DNA of 62,941 bases, filler included, from Diploschistes diacapsis (GCA_023645945.1; 27 parts of 27 records of this genome joined end to end with filler, not necessarily neighbours in it), one strand, 5' to 3'; numbered from the whole stretch's first letter, positions 1 to 13,100 are shown. Numbers and translations: made by a program. Notes: generated from the sequence alone by a model not told the origin.

Positions 1-669
1 GCTTATAGTTTCATAATTTAAGAAATATACTCATTCGGGACCTTAATAATTAATAAATATCTCGCTTATGGTTTATCGGCTTACCGATTTATAAACATAA
101 TACTCTTTATAATAAACGTCGTAAGTTAAACGAGTCGTTAAGACACCGTTATAGAAATATAAACGGATTAAGATCTATTTCGCACATCGAATATAAGCGA
201 ATTTTTTTAACTCATACTCCGGGATGGCGATACGCTGGTTTATTAATAATAACACGATAACACGTCGTCATTTTTACCTTTCTAGGGCGAATGCCCTTAT
301 TTTTAAAAATAATAAAGACGTCTTCGCTCTCAGATATGATAATGAAGATTCAACAAGAATAAAATAAGTAACTAACGAAAATAAGAACAAAAAAAGAAAA
401 AGAAAGATAAAGAAAATAAAACCTTTATACTAAACCCACGCTAATAATAAATCAACAATAATAATATATTAAAATATTAACGACTCGCCGTCGACGCGCT
501 AGCCAAAAATCAATAAATATTAAATAAAATTATATATTAATAATTAATATTATCAAAACATAGAAAATTAACGACACGTTAGAGATCTGTTATCGTATAA
601 TTAACAATAAAGGTACGTTACGAGAATTAAACGCTCTAAAGATAAAACTTAAAAAAAGAAAGGGTAATT

Positions 670-880
670 ATAATACATAGAACCCAATAAAGGTTACCAA
701 AAGATATGCCAAGCATATACCAAGACCCGTTAACGTGTTCTTATATAAAAACAGAGTTTTCGTAAATAGAGATAATTCTTTAGAAGTTATTTCATCAATA
801 CATCTATCGTCTAGCAGAGATCTAGCCACCGAATAGCCACTTATCTGCCTTATTGTCACACTATAGTATTAACCTTTACA
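670..880 (-). mobile_element. LTR-like repeat end, family B (TGTAAAGGTTAATACT...)
   Basis: Starts with TG; a near-identical copy lies on + at 35834-36001. The left boundary is approximate. Confidence 0.6.
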
Positions 881-887
881 GTTCAGC

Positions 888-1057
888 TGTAACGCCCAAA
901 GGTGTGCCCTGGGGTTCAGGTCCCCCTGCTGCCACAGCCACGCACCTACATATAGTGTAATAGGGAAACAATGCTTCGGGGTTCCTGAAAGCATTGTGTT
1001 AGTCTTTTGGCTCAGTGGGATAGCGCCACCCTATTAGGCGCTACCCCCGCTGTTACA
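888..1057 (+). mobile_element. LTR family A, 170 bp (TGTAAC...GTTACA)
   Basis: TG...CA ends with 6-bp terminal inverted repeats. Other copies at 1356-1495, 42718-42881, 47059-47114, 54470-54639 and 54905-55037. Confidence 0.85.
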
Positions 1058-1346
1058 CTATCGCAATAGTTCTATTATCGGTAATTAACTGTCGTTCTAA
1101 ATTATATAAGAATATTATTATAGTTCTTTTAAATCGGGATATGTTTACTTTTATAAACACTTTTAGCGATTATTCGAGATTAATTTATATTCGTTATTTT
1201 TTATTTATAGAGAATAATCTTTCTAGAAATCAGAATAGACTTGTTACCGATTTATTTCTTTTCCTTCCATACTCCTCTTCTACCAGAGACCAAACCCACC
1301 TTGATCACTACCTCGTGTCTACGTTGTAGAGATAGAGATCATAACA
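1058..1346 (+). mobile_element. LTR family C, 3' part (ends GAGATAGAGATCATAACA), RIP-mutated
   Basis: The same terminus occurs at 32371, 39664, 39738, 40343, 41772, 53021 and 58834. Confidence 0.75.
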
Positions 1347-1495
1347 GCCACATTCTGTAAGGCCTGCGGGGTTACACATCTGCCGCCTACTGCCACAGCC
1401 ACGCACCTACATATAGTGTAATAGGGAAACAGTGCTTCGGGGTTCCTGAAAGCATTGTGGTTAGTCTTTTGGCTCAGTGGGATAGCGCTACCTAT

Positions 1496-1595
1496 NNNNN
1501 NNNNNNNNNNNNNNNNNNNNNNNNNNNNNNNNNNNNNNNTTAATTAATTAANNNNNNNNNNNNNNNNNNNNNNNNNNNNNNNNNNNNNNNNNNNN
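1496..1595. other. Artificial contig linker N44-TTAATTAATTAA-N44 (first of 26)
   Basis: Identical 100-bp spacers with six-frame stops start at 1496, 3090, 4683, 6276, 7867, 9457, 11047, 32824, 34413, 36002, 37591, 39180, 40768, 42355, 43942, 45529, 47115, 48701, 50286, 51870, 53454, 55038, 56621, 58204, 59784 and 61363. Confidence 0.98.
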
Positions 1596-1989
1596 TAAAC
1601 AAATGTGGCTGGAGGGAACGCTAGTTCCATAGATACTTGTGGCTGCATATAAATTAGTACGACTGAGAAAGTATCTTGAGAACCATGGTACTTATCATGT
1701 AATTTATGTGTACAGTAGGCAGAATAAGACTTGCCCCCCGGGCTTTGCTTTGGAAACATCCCATGTCGCTTTAACCTTTACCACATGTTTCAGCGCGCAA
1801 TCAACCATTTTTGCCTGACCATTCAAAAAAACTGGAATCGGCAGAGCTATAAGCTCTAATGTTGGCAGCCCCGTATTATGACCACGAAAGTTTTTGCAAG
1901 GATGGCCATCCGAGAGTATGTGACCGTCGGGCTAAACCATTAATTTCTTCTGGAAGCAGCTATCTGTGTAAACAATTTCGAATGATTCA

Positions 1990-3089
1990 ATGAACGCCGC
2001 TGCTAGTCCAGGCTCGAAACCCTCGAAAAGCATATTCCAAAATTCGGCTTTGCGCGGCGCAACCTTTGCATTTCAGACTTCACCATCACCCTCCGGTAGA
2101 TCCCCGTGCAACAGTCAGGCTGTAAAAAATGGAGCGCTGGCGGCAGCGGCAAAAGCTGGGCTGAGTCCTGGTCAATCGTCAAACAATGGGTCCACGCGCT
2201 CCGCCTTGCAGCCACATGGTGCCGGAGAACAATCTCTGGCGGCGGGAAGGGAGGCTGTCAGAAGAAGCCCTTCAAGTGGGCCTAAGGCTCAGGATACTTC
2301 GAGCTCATCGCGACAACAATCGCCCTCGTTGATGGCTGCGACCCGAGCAACCACAAGATCAGCTAGCAAGCTTGAGCCCAGCAAGTCGCCATACGATGGG
2401 TTGCCGCACTCACAGAACCTGAAAGCGCCCATGCCAGCCCAGTCTGGTAAAGACGAGACGTCGATACCGCCTACTACTAAACTTGTGGAGCTATTCGAAG
2501 CAAAGCAAAGCTCAGTAGAAACAACCCCAAGGGGAAGGATAGAAAATAGGGGGCGGCCTGTTGCACTTACAAAGCCTATACTCAGCCCGACGCCTACCCG
2601 GCCTTCGATGTCTATACGTATCCACGCGCCCACTCTACCCGGTATATCAGCTTCGACGGCCTCCGCTACTCTCATTGGCAGCCTTACTCCATCAAGCCAA
2701 ATAGCTAATGCAGAAATAATGAAGTTCAAGCCTCTTCCGACAAATGTCACTAGCGACAGCCTTCCGAAGCCAATGCCATCCCAGGCGCTTGCCAAAGCAG
2801 AAAATATCCCAGAACTCCCGGCCCCCAGGAACAAACCCCGCCCTCAGCCAACAAAAGTATTGCTCCTCGACGACGGTACACACAGCGCCGTTCAAGCCTC
2901 TAGCAAAGGCATCACTTCCCGTGACTCCAACCCTTCGAGCCTTGCCGCAATCCCAGCCTCTACAAATTCCCCACCTTTACCAAAGCAAACTCTGCGTCAG
3001 CGCCCTTCAGCTCCCTCACCGCTCCCTCGTCGTAACACGAAAACATCGATGGTTGCCCCTCAAGCTCCCACACCAAACCAACACTCCGC
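1990..3089 (+). CDS. IRS4: 5' part of a Ser/Pro-rich protein resembling filamentous-fungal IRS4 (EH-domain protein); truncated by the contig end
   Basis: Open ORF of ~366 codons with motifs ALRGATFAF, NGALAAAA, SPSLMAATRA and DETSIPPTTKLVELFE, recalled from Pezizomycotina IRS4 N-termini. The diagnostic C-terminal EH domain is outside the contig. Confidence 0.55.
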
Positions 3090-3356
3090 NNNNNNNNNNN
3101 NNNNNNNNNNNNNNNNNNNNNNNNNNNNNNNNNTTAATTAATTAANNNNNNNNNNNNNNNNNNNNNNNNNNNNNNNNNNNNNNNNNNNNCCCCCTTTGTG
3201 CGCTGCGTGACGGGGGATTGGCCGCCGATTAACATCAATCTTGAAAGGCCGCACCCCTTCCCCCTCTCTTGACAGACGCCGCCGCTTTGCTAGATGCAGA
3301 TGTTGTAGACATTGGTGTGGGGAGGAGGAAGGAAAAGGTTCCAACAAGACCACACG

Positions 3357-3970
3357 CCCGGGCCCGGGCCTGGGCCTGGGCCTGGGCCAACTAAGGTGGT
3401 GGTGGTGGGAAACGGTAAGGCTTATCATAAGGGGGAAGAGGGTTTTCGTTGGGAATGCACCGCAGGAAGTTATCCGATCGGCAGCCACTCGTTCGACTTG
3501 AGACAAAAGGGGCGACTTGCAGCAGCAGCTCAAAGATCCCCAAGATCCGTACACAACCGCCCCCAAACTGGGCTTTTTCCTGTCGTGTTTTGCTTACGCA
3601 GCAAGAAAGGGGGCCGCTAGCCCACGCCACCGAAATGCAAACCAACCTCAAAGCACACAACTACAGAAAGCTTCGGAGGTAACACGGTATGCAATCAGCC
3701 ATCTCCGTCTTTGTCTTCGCCTTCGTCTTCGTCTTCGTCTTCCAGGGACCGAATCTCGCATGCATGTGGCAATGGCTGTAACAAACAGCAACACAGCATA
3801 AATGTACTGCAAGTTGGCCCCAACGGCTCCACTGCACTGCACTGCACTGCAATGCACATTCCCTTCCGGAGTTCGTGTGGGACTTCGTACTCCCACACCT
3901 ACCCATCTGCGGATGCAATGTACATCCCCCTTGCTGTTTCTTTTCTTTGTCTCTGTCTCTCGAATCTCGA

Positions 3971-4003
<33 letters not shown>

Positions 4004-4018
4004 TCATCCCGCATCCCG
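3357..4018. repeat. Microsatellite cluster: (CTGGGC)n 3357-3388, (CTTCGT)n ~3706-3742, (CACTG)n ~3830-3850, (TCTCGCA)n ~3958-4018
   Basis: Directly visible tandem units; they explain the low-complexity ORFs on this contig. Confidence 0.9.
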
Positions 4019-4782
4019 CCCATCGAGCCAGGACCCGATGTCGGCTCCTGCGGCGAACCCGATCCACATCGCATCCGGATCTGCATCCGCTAGATTCACA
4101 TCGACGGGGGCCCATCGTCTATGCAGCCTGCAATCTGCCTCTCGCAGATGGCTGATGCAGTACAGAGCCGTGTATAAGGTATGTTTGTGTTTTTTTTCCG
4201 GAGAAGCTCCGCGTAACTTACTTCTGTTAACTGGCGGAGATGCCCTGCTGTGGGGGGTGCAAAGGAGGTTTTGCGGGGCTACTAGATACTTGAAGTGCAT
4301 TGCCGTCCCCCCCCCCCCCCCGCCGCTGTACATCTTTGTGGTGTTAGGGAACAGAGGTTATGGAGAGCTCCATGCGCCTTCTACTCTACTTTGCCTGGAA
4401 ATATGGTGTAGGAGTAAGCAGACGATTTTATGGGAGGTTCCAAGAAATGGCGCCCGAGGGCTGTTGGTGCAAGCATTGACAATGGAGGGCCCCAGCCGCA
4501 CTCTCGTCGGCTGCCGTGGACATCGAACCAATTGGTCGGGCGAGGCTCCGAAAGCTTCCCGCATGCTTCAAACCGGCCGGCCAACGAAGACGCTGCAGTA
4601 ACATTTGGAGCTGCTTCACGCTCTTAGGAAAGCTCCACACGCATCTCGGCCATTCTCCCCCCCCAAGCTCTCTGCCCCCCACNNNNNNNNNNNNNNNNNN
4701 NNNNNNNNNNNNNNNNNNNNNNNNNNTTAATTAATTAANNNNNNNNNNNNNNNNNNNNNNNNNNNNNNNNNNNNNNNNNNNN

Positions 4783-5747
4783 AAATAAAGCGGCCCCTAC
4801 AACGTTCTACGAAAAATAAACGAAATCGATTTCGAACTAGACCTACTAGCGTCGATAAAATAATTTAAAACGTTTCACGCGTCCCTACTTTCAAAAGACC
4901 CGTAGAACTCTTTAGAAAGATAAGCGCATTTTAGACCACCCTCGGTAAAAATAAAGGCTAAAAAAGAATAAAAACTCGAAAAGATCCTCAACGTCAAAAG
5001 AAATCTTAAACGAGGAATAAACGTTTAATATAAAATACGTTAAATAAAATAATTAATCGACAATAATTAATATCCCGTTATCAACTTCGAAAATACCTTT
5101 AATATCTTATAAGAATTTTATTAATTAAATTCCGAAAAAATAAGACCCCTATAACTAACAACGCCTAAAAATAGATAATATACTCCAATAATAACTATAA
5201 ACGAGAACGAATCTTTAAAATAAAATAATATTAATTATCACGACGATTACGTTCTCCTATAGAATCTAAAAATAGATTTAAATAAAAATACCGCTAAAAA
5301 AGGTTTAAAAAGACGATAACATTTATTAAAAAAAAATAATAAATATCCTTTTAAATAAATTAACGAAAAGAATAAAGATCGAAATAAATATTAATTAAAA
5401 AAGTTATTATCGCGTTTATAAGAGACACAAATATTTAAAAAGAAGGATAATAAGATAAATCAGCTCAGGCGTGCCAAACCACTAGGGTTACATAACGGCA
5501 GGGTTATATAACGGGTACCAACCGTGCCAAGGATGTTAAGGGGTGGTTATGTAGGCGAGTAGGACCCGAACCCTATAAAGCTGACACTTATATACTATTT
5601 ATTCCTACCACCCTCCCATTTAAATAGTTTCTTCTCTAGCTTTTCGAATCGAGACCTTTTACCTACAAATGCCCAGCTACACGTAATCCCTCCGGATCAG
5701 GCTCAGCCCACGGTAGTGTATTATCCCATTCCTGCGCTGGCGTTTCA
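4783..5747 (+). mobile_element. 3' end of a RIP-degraded Ty3/Gypsy (chromovirus-type) element with PPT and 3' LTR family D (5451-5747)
   Basis: Chromodomain-like remnant (E*KLEKILNVKRN), purine tract AAAAGAAGGATAA, and LTR ending CCTGCGCTGGCGTTTCA. Homologous to 43461-43941 and 56721-57322. Confidence 0.75.
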
Positions 5748-6813
5748 AAACTTACGGAATTCTTAAACGAAAGAATATTTCGATACGCGATAATTGTTTT
5801 CATAAAAAAAACAATTATTTAATTTAAGTTCAAATAAGCGTATTCTACTTTAACGGTTCGTCATAGGTTTATTATTAACGCGTCGTTGATTGATATTTCG
5901 CTTCTCGTTAAAGCGTTTATTGCTATCGTAACGCCTATCGTTAGAATATATAGCAATTTCAGTTTTTAAACTCGCCTGCTTATCGGATAGCTTATTTAGT
6001 CATTTATCGTAATCTACGTTCTTTAAGTCGATTCCTTCGATCTAAATGTCAATATCGTCAACCAACGTGTTATAAGATAATAAAAAATTAGTTAATAATT
6101 GTTAAAAGACTGGCCTAGTACTGAACTTTTAATTTAGTTTAATAACATTGATTTTCTTTTAAATACGAATTAGATATGCTTAAGTATTTATAATTAATTA
6201 ATCGTTCGAAAGTTTATACGTGGTAAACTCGAGTCGTAATTATCGATATTCGCTTTCAATAATCTTTTCGTATTTNNNNNNNNNNNNNNNNNNNNNNNNN
6301 NNNNNNNNNNNNNNNNNNNTTAATTAATTAANNNNNNNNNNNNNNNNNNNNNNNNNNNNNNNNNNNNNNNNNNNNGAAGGGGAAGGGGAAGGGGAAGGGG
6401 AGTCGTGTGCCTGGTGGTAGTAGGTGCACAGTAGAGAAATTATTTCAAAGAGAAATTCGATGGCGGATATTATTTTTGTACTGTGGGCATAAAGCTTCGA
6501 GATATGAATTGAGGAATGAATTTAGGTCATGCCATTGATGCGTGAAACAAGGGCATCTACTCATTGTAGATATCAGCCGTTGTTGCATGCTCGATGTGCA
6601 GCCTAGCTCCTCTCTGATGCTTGAACTCCATGCTGGATGGGTGTCCACTACTACTGCCACATGCTTCCGTCTTGCACTCTCAGGGGCAAAGAATGCTCAT
6701 CATAATGCACTGCACACAAAGTCGTCCTCGCTCCTTGACATCTCACACCTTACACGCCATATCATGCATCTCCCATTTTTGGGATCGCTCCAGAGCTTCA
6801 GCCCCAACTCCTT

Positions 6814-7866
6814 TCACTCGTCAGTCCTCCTCGTCAACGTGTCCACGACGCGGCTGTAGAACTTGGCCGCCTGCGGTCTCGAGAACGTGATGTCCTCGGA
6901 CAGATACTCTGGCAGAACGGCGATGAGGTCGCGGTCGCGGTTGGCGTCCAGGCGCGGCATGTAGCTGAACTCGGTCTCGTCGAAGCTGACGCCCGGCTCG
7001 GCGGAGAGGGCGAGTTTGAAGTGGAGGGCTAGATTCATCGCGCCGCTCATTAGCTTCTCATTTCTATTCCTTTTCCTTCTCGAGTTCCCCTTTTCAACAA
7101 AACCATCACCGATAAATGGTATAGTGCAAGCAAGTAGAGGAGTGACAAGACTTACTACCATTTCTCCCTGTCTGAATGCAATCATACCCCACCTCCCCCT
7201 CCTCACCCCTCTCCACGCCACGGATAATTAACCCTGTCAGATCCCCATACAGCTCCTCCTTCAACTGCGCGACCTGCGCCGCCGCCACCACCGCCTCTGC
7301 CGCCACACCTCCCATCATCGTCCTTGTCCCACCATTGGTGCCGCCAGCCCCAGCTTTCGCCTTGACCGCGCTCCCCGGCGGCCCCTTGGTTGGCCCCGAC
7401 GACATCGCTATTGCCTCCACACTCGCCGCCGCAGCGCTCCGGCTCGCCACCAGCCGAGCCTGCAGCGCCTTGTTCTCGGCCTGCACATCGCCCAGCTCGG
7501 CCTGCGCCTCTCCGAGCTTCGCGCGCAACTGCACAACTTCCTCGCGCGCGTTCTCGAGTTCGGGGAGGTGTGCGCGCGCACCCTCTGTTTCGGAGCGCTG
7601 CGTGGCGACTTCGCGCCGCAGACCGGCGATGAGGGCCTCGGCAGCTTTGTGGCGCTCGTCGGTTGTTTTCTGCAGGCGCTGGAAGTTGGCTTCGGCTTCT
7701 TTGATGCCAATGCTGTGGAGATTCTTGTAGCGTGTCTCGAGGGAGGTGTAGCGGTTTGTGATGTCGCCCAGCTTACGGCGGAGGGCTGGGGCGGAGGAGT
7801 GGTCGTTGTTGTTGGTGGAGGAGGTGGTGGAGAGGGCGCGTTTGCGGGGGTTATTGGGGTATGAAG
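6814..7866 (-). CDS. CSM1: Monopolin subunit Csm1/Pcs1, 3' partial; exons 7866-7156 and 7028-6814
   Basis: Coiled coil followed by QLKEELYGDLTGLIIRGV...YDCIQTGRNGTLHFKL...LPEYLSEDITFSRPQAAKFYSRVV. A GT-AG intron (7155-7029) restores the frame. Confidence 0.88.
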
Positions 7867-7966
7867 NNNNNNNNNNNNNNNNNNNNNNNNNNNNNNNNNN
7901 NNNNNNNNNNTTAATTAATTAANNNNNNNNNNNNNNNNNNNNNNNNNNNNNNNNNNNNNNNNNNNN

Positions 7967-8899
7967 ACTTATTTATTATAACCTAAATGCTGTTATATGG
8001 AATATCTGTTACTAGGTCCTTAAATGTTGATAATTTAACTATGAAGTCCATCGTGATTATTTTCTATGGTTAATTTAATTTTTTAATGGTTTATAGAATC
8101 CCGTATTTTCTATACGTAGAATACTTGTTCTTCTAATAACTTTCGTATTGTTTAATGAAGTTCGTAACTTGTTTTTTCATTCCTTCGAAATGATAGTTTC
8201 GTTGAATGGCTTTAATAATATTTATGATATTTTTATATCCATACTCCGGTGGATCATAATGTTGTCGTATATAATTCTATATCCTCTCTATAGAAATCTA
8301 TAGTTTCCGTCGTGCCACTGAATACTGTTCGTGTTGATCTTCCAAGACATTCATGACTACTATAAATTCTCGAAAATCTATTATAAGTAATCCATCATCA
8401 TTAATCTTTAATAATTTAGCTTAACGCGGTTTTCTTATTATATAGTCTGGCCGCCTGTTCAACGCGTCAACTCGCTTATTTACTTTATCTACGATCCTTT
8501 TAATCGTGAAACGATATCGTCCGAAAATTTCTAACCAGCGAAATTATCTTAGATTGAATTTCTTTATCGTCGTGAACTTTAATAAGTTCATGTGGTCTAT
8601 ATAGATTTCGATTTTTTTTATTTCGTGAACATAAATATATCATTCGTTTAAAGCAACGATTATGGCGAGTAATTTTTAATCGCCTATATCGTAATTAATT
8701 TCTATTAATGATATCTTTCTTAAATAACAGGTTATTAACCGTCACTTATTATTATTATTTAATTAAAATAAATATATTATAATAACGAATTTTAAAATAT
8801 CGATTTTAATTCGTATTAATTTATTTAAATTATAAAATCCTAATACAGGCGCGTTAATTATTAGATTTTTAAGTTTTTAAAAAACCTATTCTTGATCTT
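7967..8899 (-). mobile_element. RIP-degraded Ty3/Gypsy pol fragment (RNase H to integrase Zn finger)
   Basis: Minus strand reads EINYDIGD*KLLAIIVAL...IYIDHMNL...VDALNRRPDY. Confidence 0.85.
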
Positions 8900-9456
8900 T
8901 GTTTGGCAACGAAATGGATGTATTGAAGTCTTGAGATCTTAACAAGAAGGTTACCTTACTTTACAGACTTTTATCCTCGTGGGATACGTTAAGCCCTATT
9001 ACCTATACTATTCCTTATTCGGTCTAATTAGAATTCCAAAAAGTTCAACTAAACTAAACCTTAGAGTTCAACCGAACTGAACCTCCTTTTAAAATCTAGT
9101 TATACTCTTAATCATATCTTTTACTTATTTGTTCAACACTTCTCCACAGGCGGAATTATCCGGTATATTTATATAATCCAACTAAATATCTTTTAAATTA
9201 AACCGAGTCCTTTAATAAAGACGTCGTGCTTCGAGTAATTTAATAACTTTATAAACCTATTAACAACCATTTTATCGATAGGGACATAAGACACCCTAAT
9301 GCGTCCTTACTTAACAAGATCTCGTACGTAATGATAAGCAATATCGATATATTTTAAACGGTCGTTAATCCTTACGTGTTTTACTAGATTTAAAGAACCA
9401 ATATTATCGCCGAGTAAGTTAATAGTATATAAAGATGGTCCTATAAAATCCAGATA
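8900..9456 (-). mobile_element. Ty1/Copia 3' end (RNase H remnant) with LTR family G (8900-9138), inserted in a Gypsy relic
   Basis: Reverse complement of the 9645-10175 arrangement; LTR TGTTGAAC...GCCAAACA. Confidence 0.8.
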
Positions 9457-9644
9457 NNNNNNNNNNNNNNNNNNNNNNNNNNNNNNNNNNNNNNNNNNNN
9501 TTAATTAATTAANNNNNNNNNNNNNNNNNNNNNNNNNNNNNNNNNNNNNNNNNNNNAATAAGTTATATCTAAAAACCATAGAATGTTGGCGGTAGTGATT
9601 TGAGGTGGCCGGAATCTGGGGGTGGCCGGAATCCCCGTGAAACA

Positions 9645-10175
9645 GGTTATGATTAATCTATTTAATAATAATATTAGTTGTTTAAATCTAATAAAACACG
9701 TAAAAATCAACGACCGTTTAAAACACGTCGATATTACTTATCATTACGTACGAGATCTTATCAAGCAAAAACGCATTAAAATATCTTATATCCTTACCGA
9801 TAAAATAATTACTAATAAGCTTACAAAATCATTAAACTACTCGAAACACGATATCTTCATCAAGAAACTCGGCTTAATTCAAAAGATATTTAATTAAATT
9901 AAATAGACATGCCGGACGATTCCGCCTATAAGGAAATGTTAAACAGATAAATAGAAGGCATGGCTGGAAATTCGACTAAATTCTAAAAAGAAGTCCAGTT
10001 TAATTAAACTCCGAAGTTCAGTTCGGCTAAACCTCCTAAAATTCCAACTAAACCGATTAAGAAATAGTATAGGTAATAGGACTTAACGTATCCCACGAAG
10101 ATAAAAGTCTGCAAAGTAGGATAACCTCCTGGAGTAGACCTCTAGACTTCAATATATCCATTACGTTGCCAAACA
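9645..10175 (+). mobile_element. Ty1/Copia RNase H C-terminus, PPT and 3' LTR family G (9937-10175)
   Basis: RLKHVDITYHYVRDLIKQKRIKISYILTDKIITNKLTKSL is a RIP-altered copia KHIDIxYH...ADxLTKPL motif. Further copies at 52258-53020 (-) and 53554-54148 (+). Confidence 0.88.
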
Positions 10176-13100
10176 GGATATATCAATATTAAAAAATAGT
10201 ATAAGATCTAAATACCCAATATTTAAAAAATTATTAAGATTAGTTTAGTCAAGTTTAAAAAGAATAAGACGTTTATTATTCAAGAATTAAAATTATTTGA
10301 AAGTTATAAAGAAGACGATAACGTAATACCCATCCGAAAGCTATCGGAACGTTTAATTAATAATTTAATACCTGATATTAAAGGTGTTAACGACGGGTCA
10401 ATTATTCACGTCAACGATAAATCAATTATCTACGTCAACGACGAGTCAATTATCCACTTCAACGACGGGTTAATTAAGCACGCCAAAAACGTATCAACGA
10501 TAAAAGCAAAGGTTCAATTAAATTATACTAAACCTTCATTATTTGTTCTTATCGAGGATCACAGCACCCTAAAGGTCCCTACTTTTATTCCATATGATCA
10601 ACTCGAGCTAGATGATGGTGATCGACGGTTAATAAAAAGGTTCTTGCGGGTTAAGATTTTAAAGAAAAGAACTGAATTTGAATCTGAACTTGAATTTATT
10701 AAATCGAATATATTAAAGTCTATTACGTTAATAACGGGCGTTATATACGTTATTAATAATCTGATTACGTATATAGTACCCGTTAACGCCACGTTAACAA
10801 CGTTTAATATACAGGATTCTTAAATAATGGATAACATAAACGACGCTTTAATAACTATAAATATTTAAAGTATTAAGAAGTTATATAACACGAGTTCCGT
10901 TACTAATAAACGACAGCGGGATGTTAATATTTTTCCTTTATTAAAATATTAAAGAATTATATAGCGCTTATGGCAAATGAACAGGAGATAACAAGCGACG
11001 TTAATTCAAGATCGACACGTGTCAGCATCTTAAGAAACTATAAGAANNNNNNNNNNNNNNNNNNNNNNNNNNNNNNNNNNNNNNNNNNNNTTAATTAATT
11101 AANNNNNNNNNNNNNNNNNNNNNNNNNNNNNNNNNNNNNNNNNNNNAAATAATAGTGGGGATCGGCAGGGAAATGGGGGGGGGAGAGGGGGAGAGGTTTG
11201 GAAGTCTGGAAGTCTGGAAGTCTGGAAAATCAGGGATTTTTCTGGGCGTTGTTCCGAGGCTGGATATGGAAGATAAGGGATTGCCTATGTACGTGCCCTT
11301 TTTTAAATGGTGTAGCGTGCACTCTGTATAGCATGCCGATCATTATTGGAGGAGATTGGTTGATAAGGCGAGAAGTCCATCACGTCAAGTTTGTAGCTTG
11401 CATTGTTGTCCAATTGTCCAATTGTCCAGCTGTTAGCGTGCGTTGTCTCTAGCTTCAATGTTATGAAGTCATGCCCATCATGTCTCAAAATCATTTTGTG
11501 GTGAGCAGCGTTTTATCGATCCCCCCTCTGCGCTAACAACCATTGGGGATATAGCTGGAGACCGTATACGGACTAACTGCCCGTCCTCGGGGCCGATGAT
11601 TCGACGGGCTATTCTACAGGGGGCTGGTATCGAGAATTCTCGAAACTTGTGCAGGCCCTGCCTGGTTCATAGATTGCCAGATCAGGATTTTGACTTTAGA
11701 GCACAGGGGCAGTTCGGCTTTTCAAATGATCCGGTATCTCACTTCGTAGTAGTTCGTACAGAGCGGAGGGCGATAAGCGGTGATCACATACGCAGCAGGA
11801 TGAACATACATACTTATTTTTGTCTAGGCACTCCCTCCCCATGCCCTGCATTTTTCATAGTTGAACGTGCATCATCCATGACTCCGTTCTTGTCCGTTTC
11901 TGGGAAGCGGACATGGATCGACAGCCAGGAAGAGTCGCAGCTCGTGTTCGAGAGGGGGAACCAAGCACTAGTTAGGCGACAGCTACGAGTAAAAAGAAAT
12001 TTCGAAGCTTGAGTTATCGTCCCCCAATCAGATAAGGAGGACGGCTGTATCATGAGTCACGATCGGAAGGCTGACATAAGGTAAGCAGAATCTACACTGC
12101 TTACTGCTTGGTTCATTATTCTATTTTATCCATATTGACAATGTACTTCGATGCTTTATGTAAAACCAAGCTTTGAAATGAGTGCATATCTTTCGTGGAT
12201 CCGGATTCCTCTAATGCAGGAACAAGTCCACTGTCAACCTTTGACCTTCCTTCGACAACACGCTGCTTATTCTTTAGCGAAAATGATAGAATTTAGAATG
12301 CTGAGGTCCGATCGAGCACCATGAGGGCTATTGATACCAAGCACCCTCTGTCAGTTACTCCTCATTCAATCAGTATAGCGTTCCCAGTATTTGGAAGCTT
12401 GTTAAAATCTCGAAATTTGCTACCGGGGCTTCGAGTATCGGAAATGACCATGGGCTGCTCAGCTTATTCTGCTTGTGAACACCAGGAGCCCTTTACATTT
12501 CGAGGGTTCGCGATATCACTTAAGCTCTGCTTTGAGCTCAAGATATCTACGAGGGACTGCTTACATCGACTGCGGACGACCCTGGTTAGACAAGGACGAA
12601 GTCTGCAAAATCCCTATCGGTTCCCGTCATACCCCTTGCAAGTATGGGAAAGTGGCGCATTACATTCTTGCATCACGAATGACCAGGACGCACGTACCTT
12701 GGCTCTGTTTCTCGATATCATGCGCTGCATCCCCCCCCCTAACTCGTCTCTTCTCGCTTCATGTAGCCATTGTCGTTCTCTATGGGCATTTGTGGCTTTC
12801 CTATACGATGGGGTTGTGTAGCACAAGCATTGTATAGGCTCCAAACGCTATGAAAGAGAGAGGATGAGCAGAAACTGATTGATCGAGGCACTGACTCCAA
12901 AACCAATCAATCGAAGCATGGTTCGATCTACAGATATGAATTAGTTATGAATGCCTTTTATTGGTTTTGGGGAATTCATGTTACGAGCTCCAGCAGCAGC
13001 AGCTTGAATCGCAGTGCAACCTCGTGACAACTTAGAGCTCTTTGCGGGGCGTGGTGGTAGGAACACGCATTCTACGACAACAAAATCAACTCGATATGAA

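Noticed and set aside
668..859. Duplicated small ORF MTIRQISGYSVARS (also 35855)
   Set aside because: Lies in the family B LTR-like repeat and starts at GTG; the duplication reflects the repeat.
1540..1551. Recurrent TTAATTAATTAA palindrome at regular ~1.59-kb spacing
   Set aside because: It is always centred in N runs, so it is an artificial six-frame-stop linker.
3241..4734. Many overlapping ORFs up to 296 aa
   Set aside because: Produced by GC-rich microsatellites; no domain or consistent coding frame.
7967..11046. AT-rich contigs as mitochondrial or bacterial DNA
   Set aside because: They translate to stop-riddled retrotransposon motifs with a RIP-type bias.
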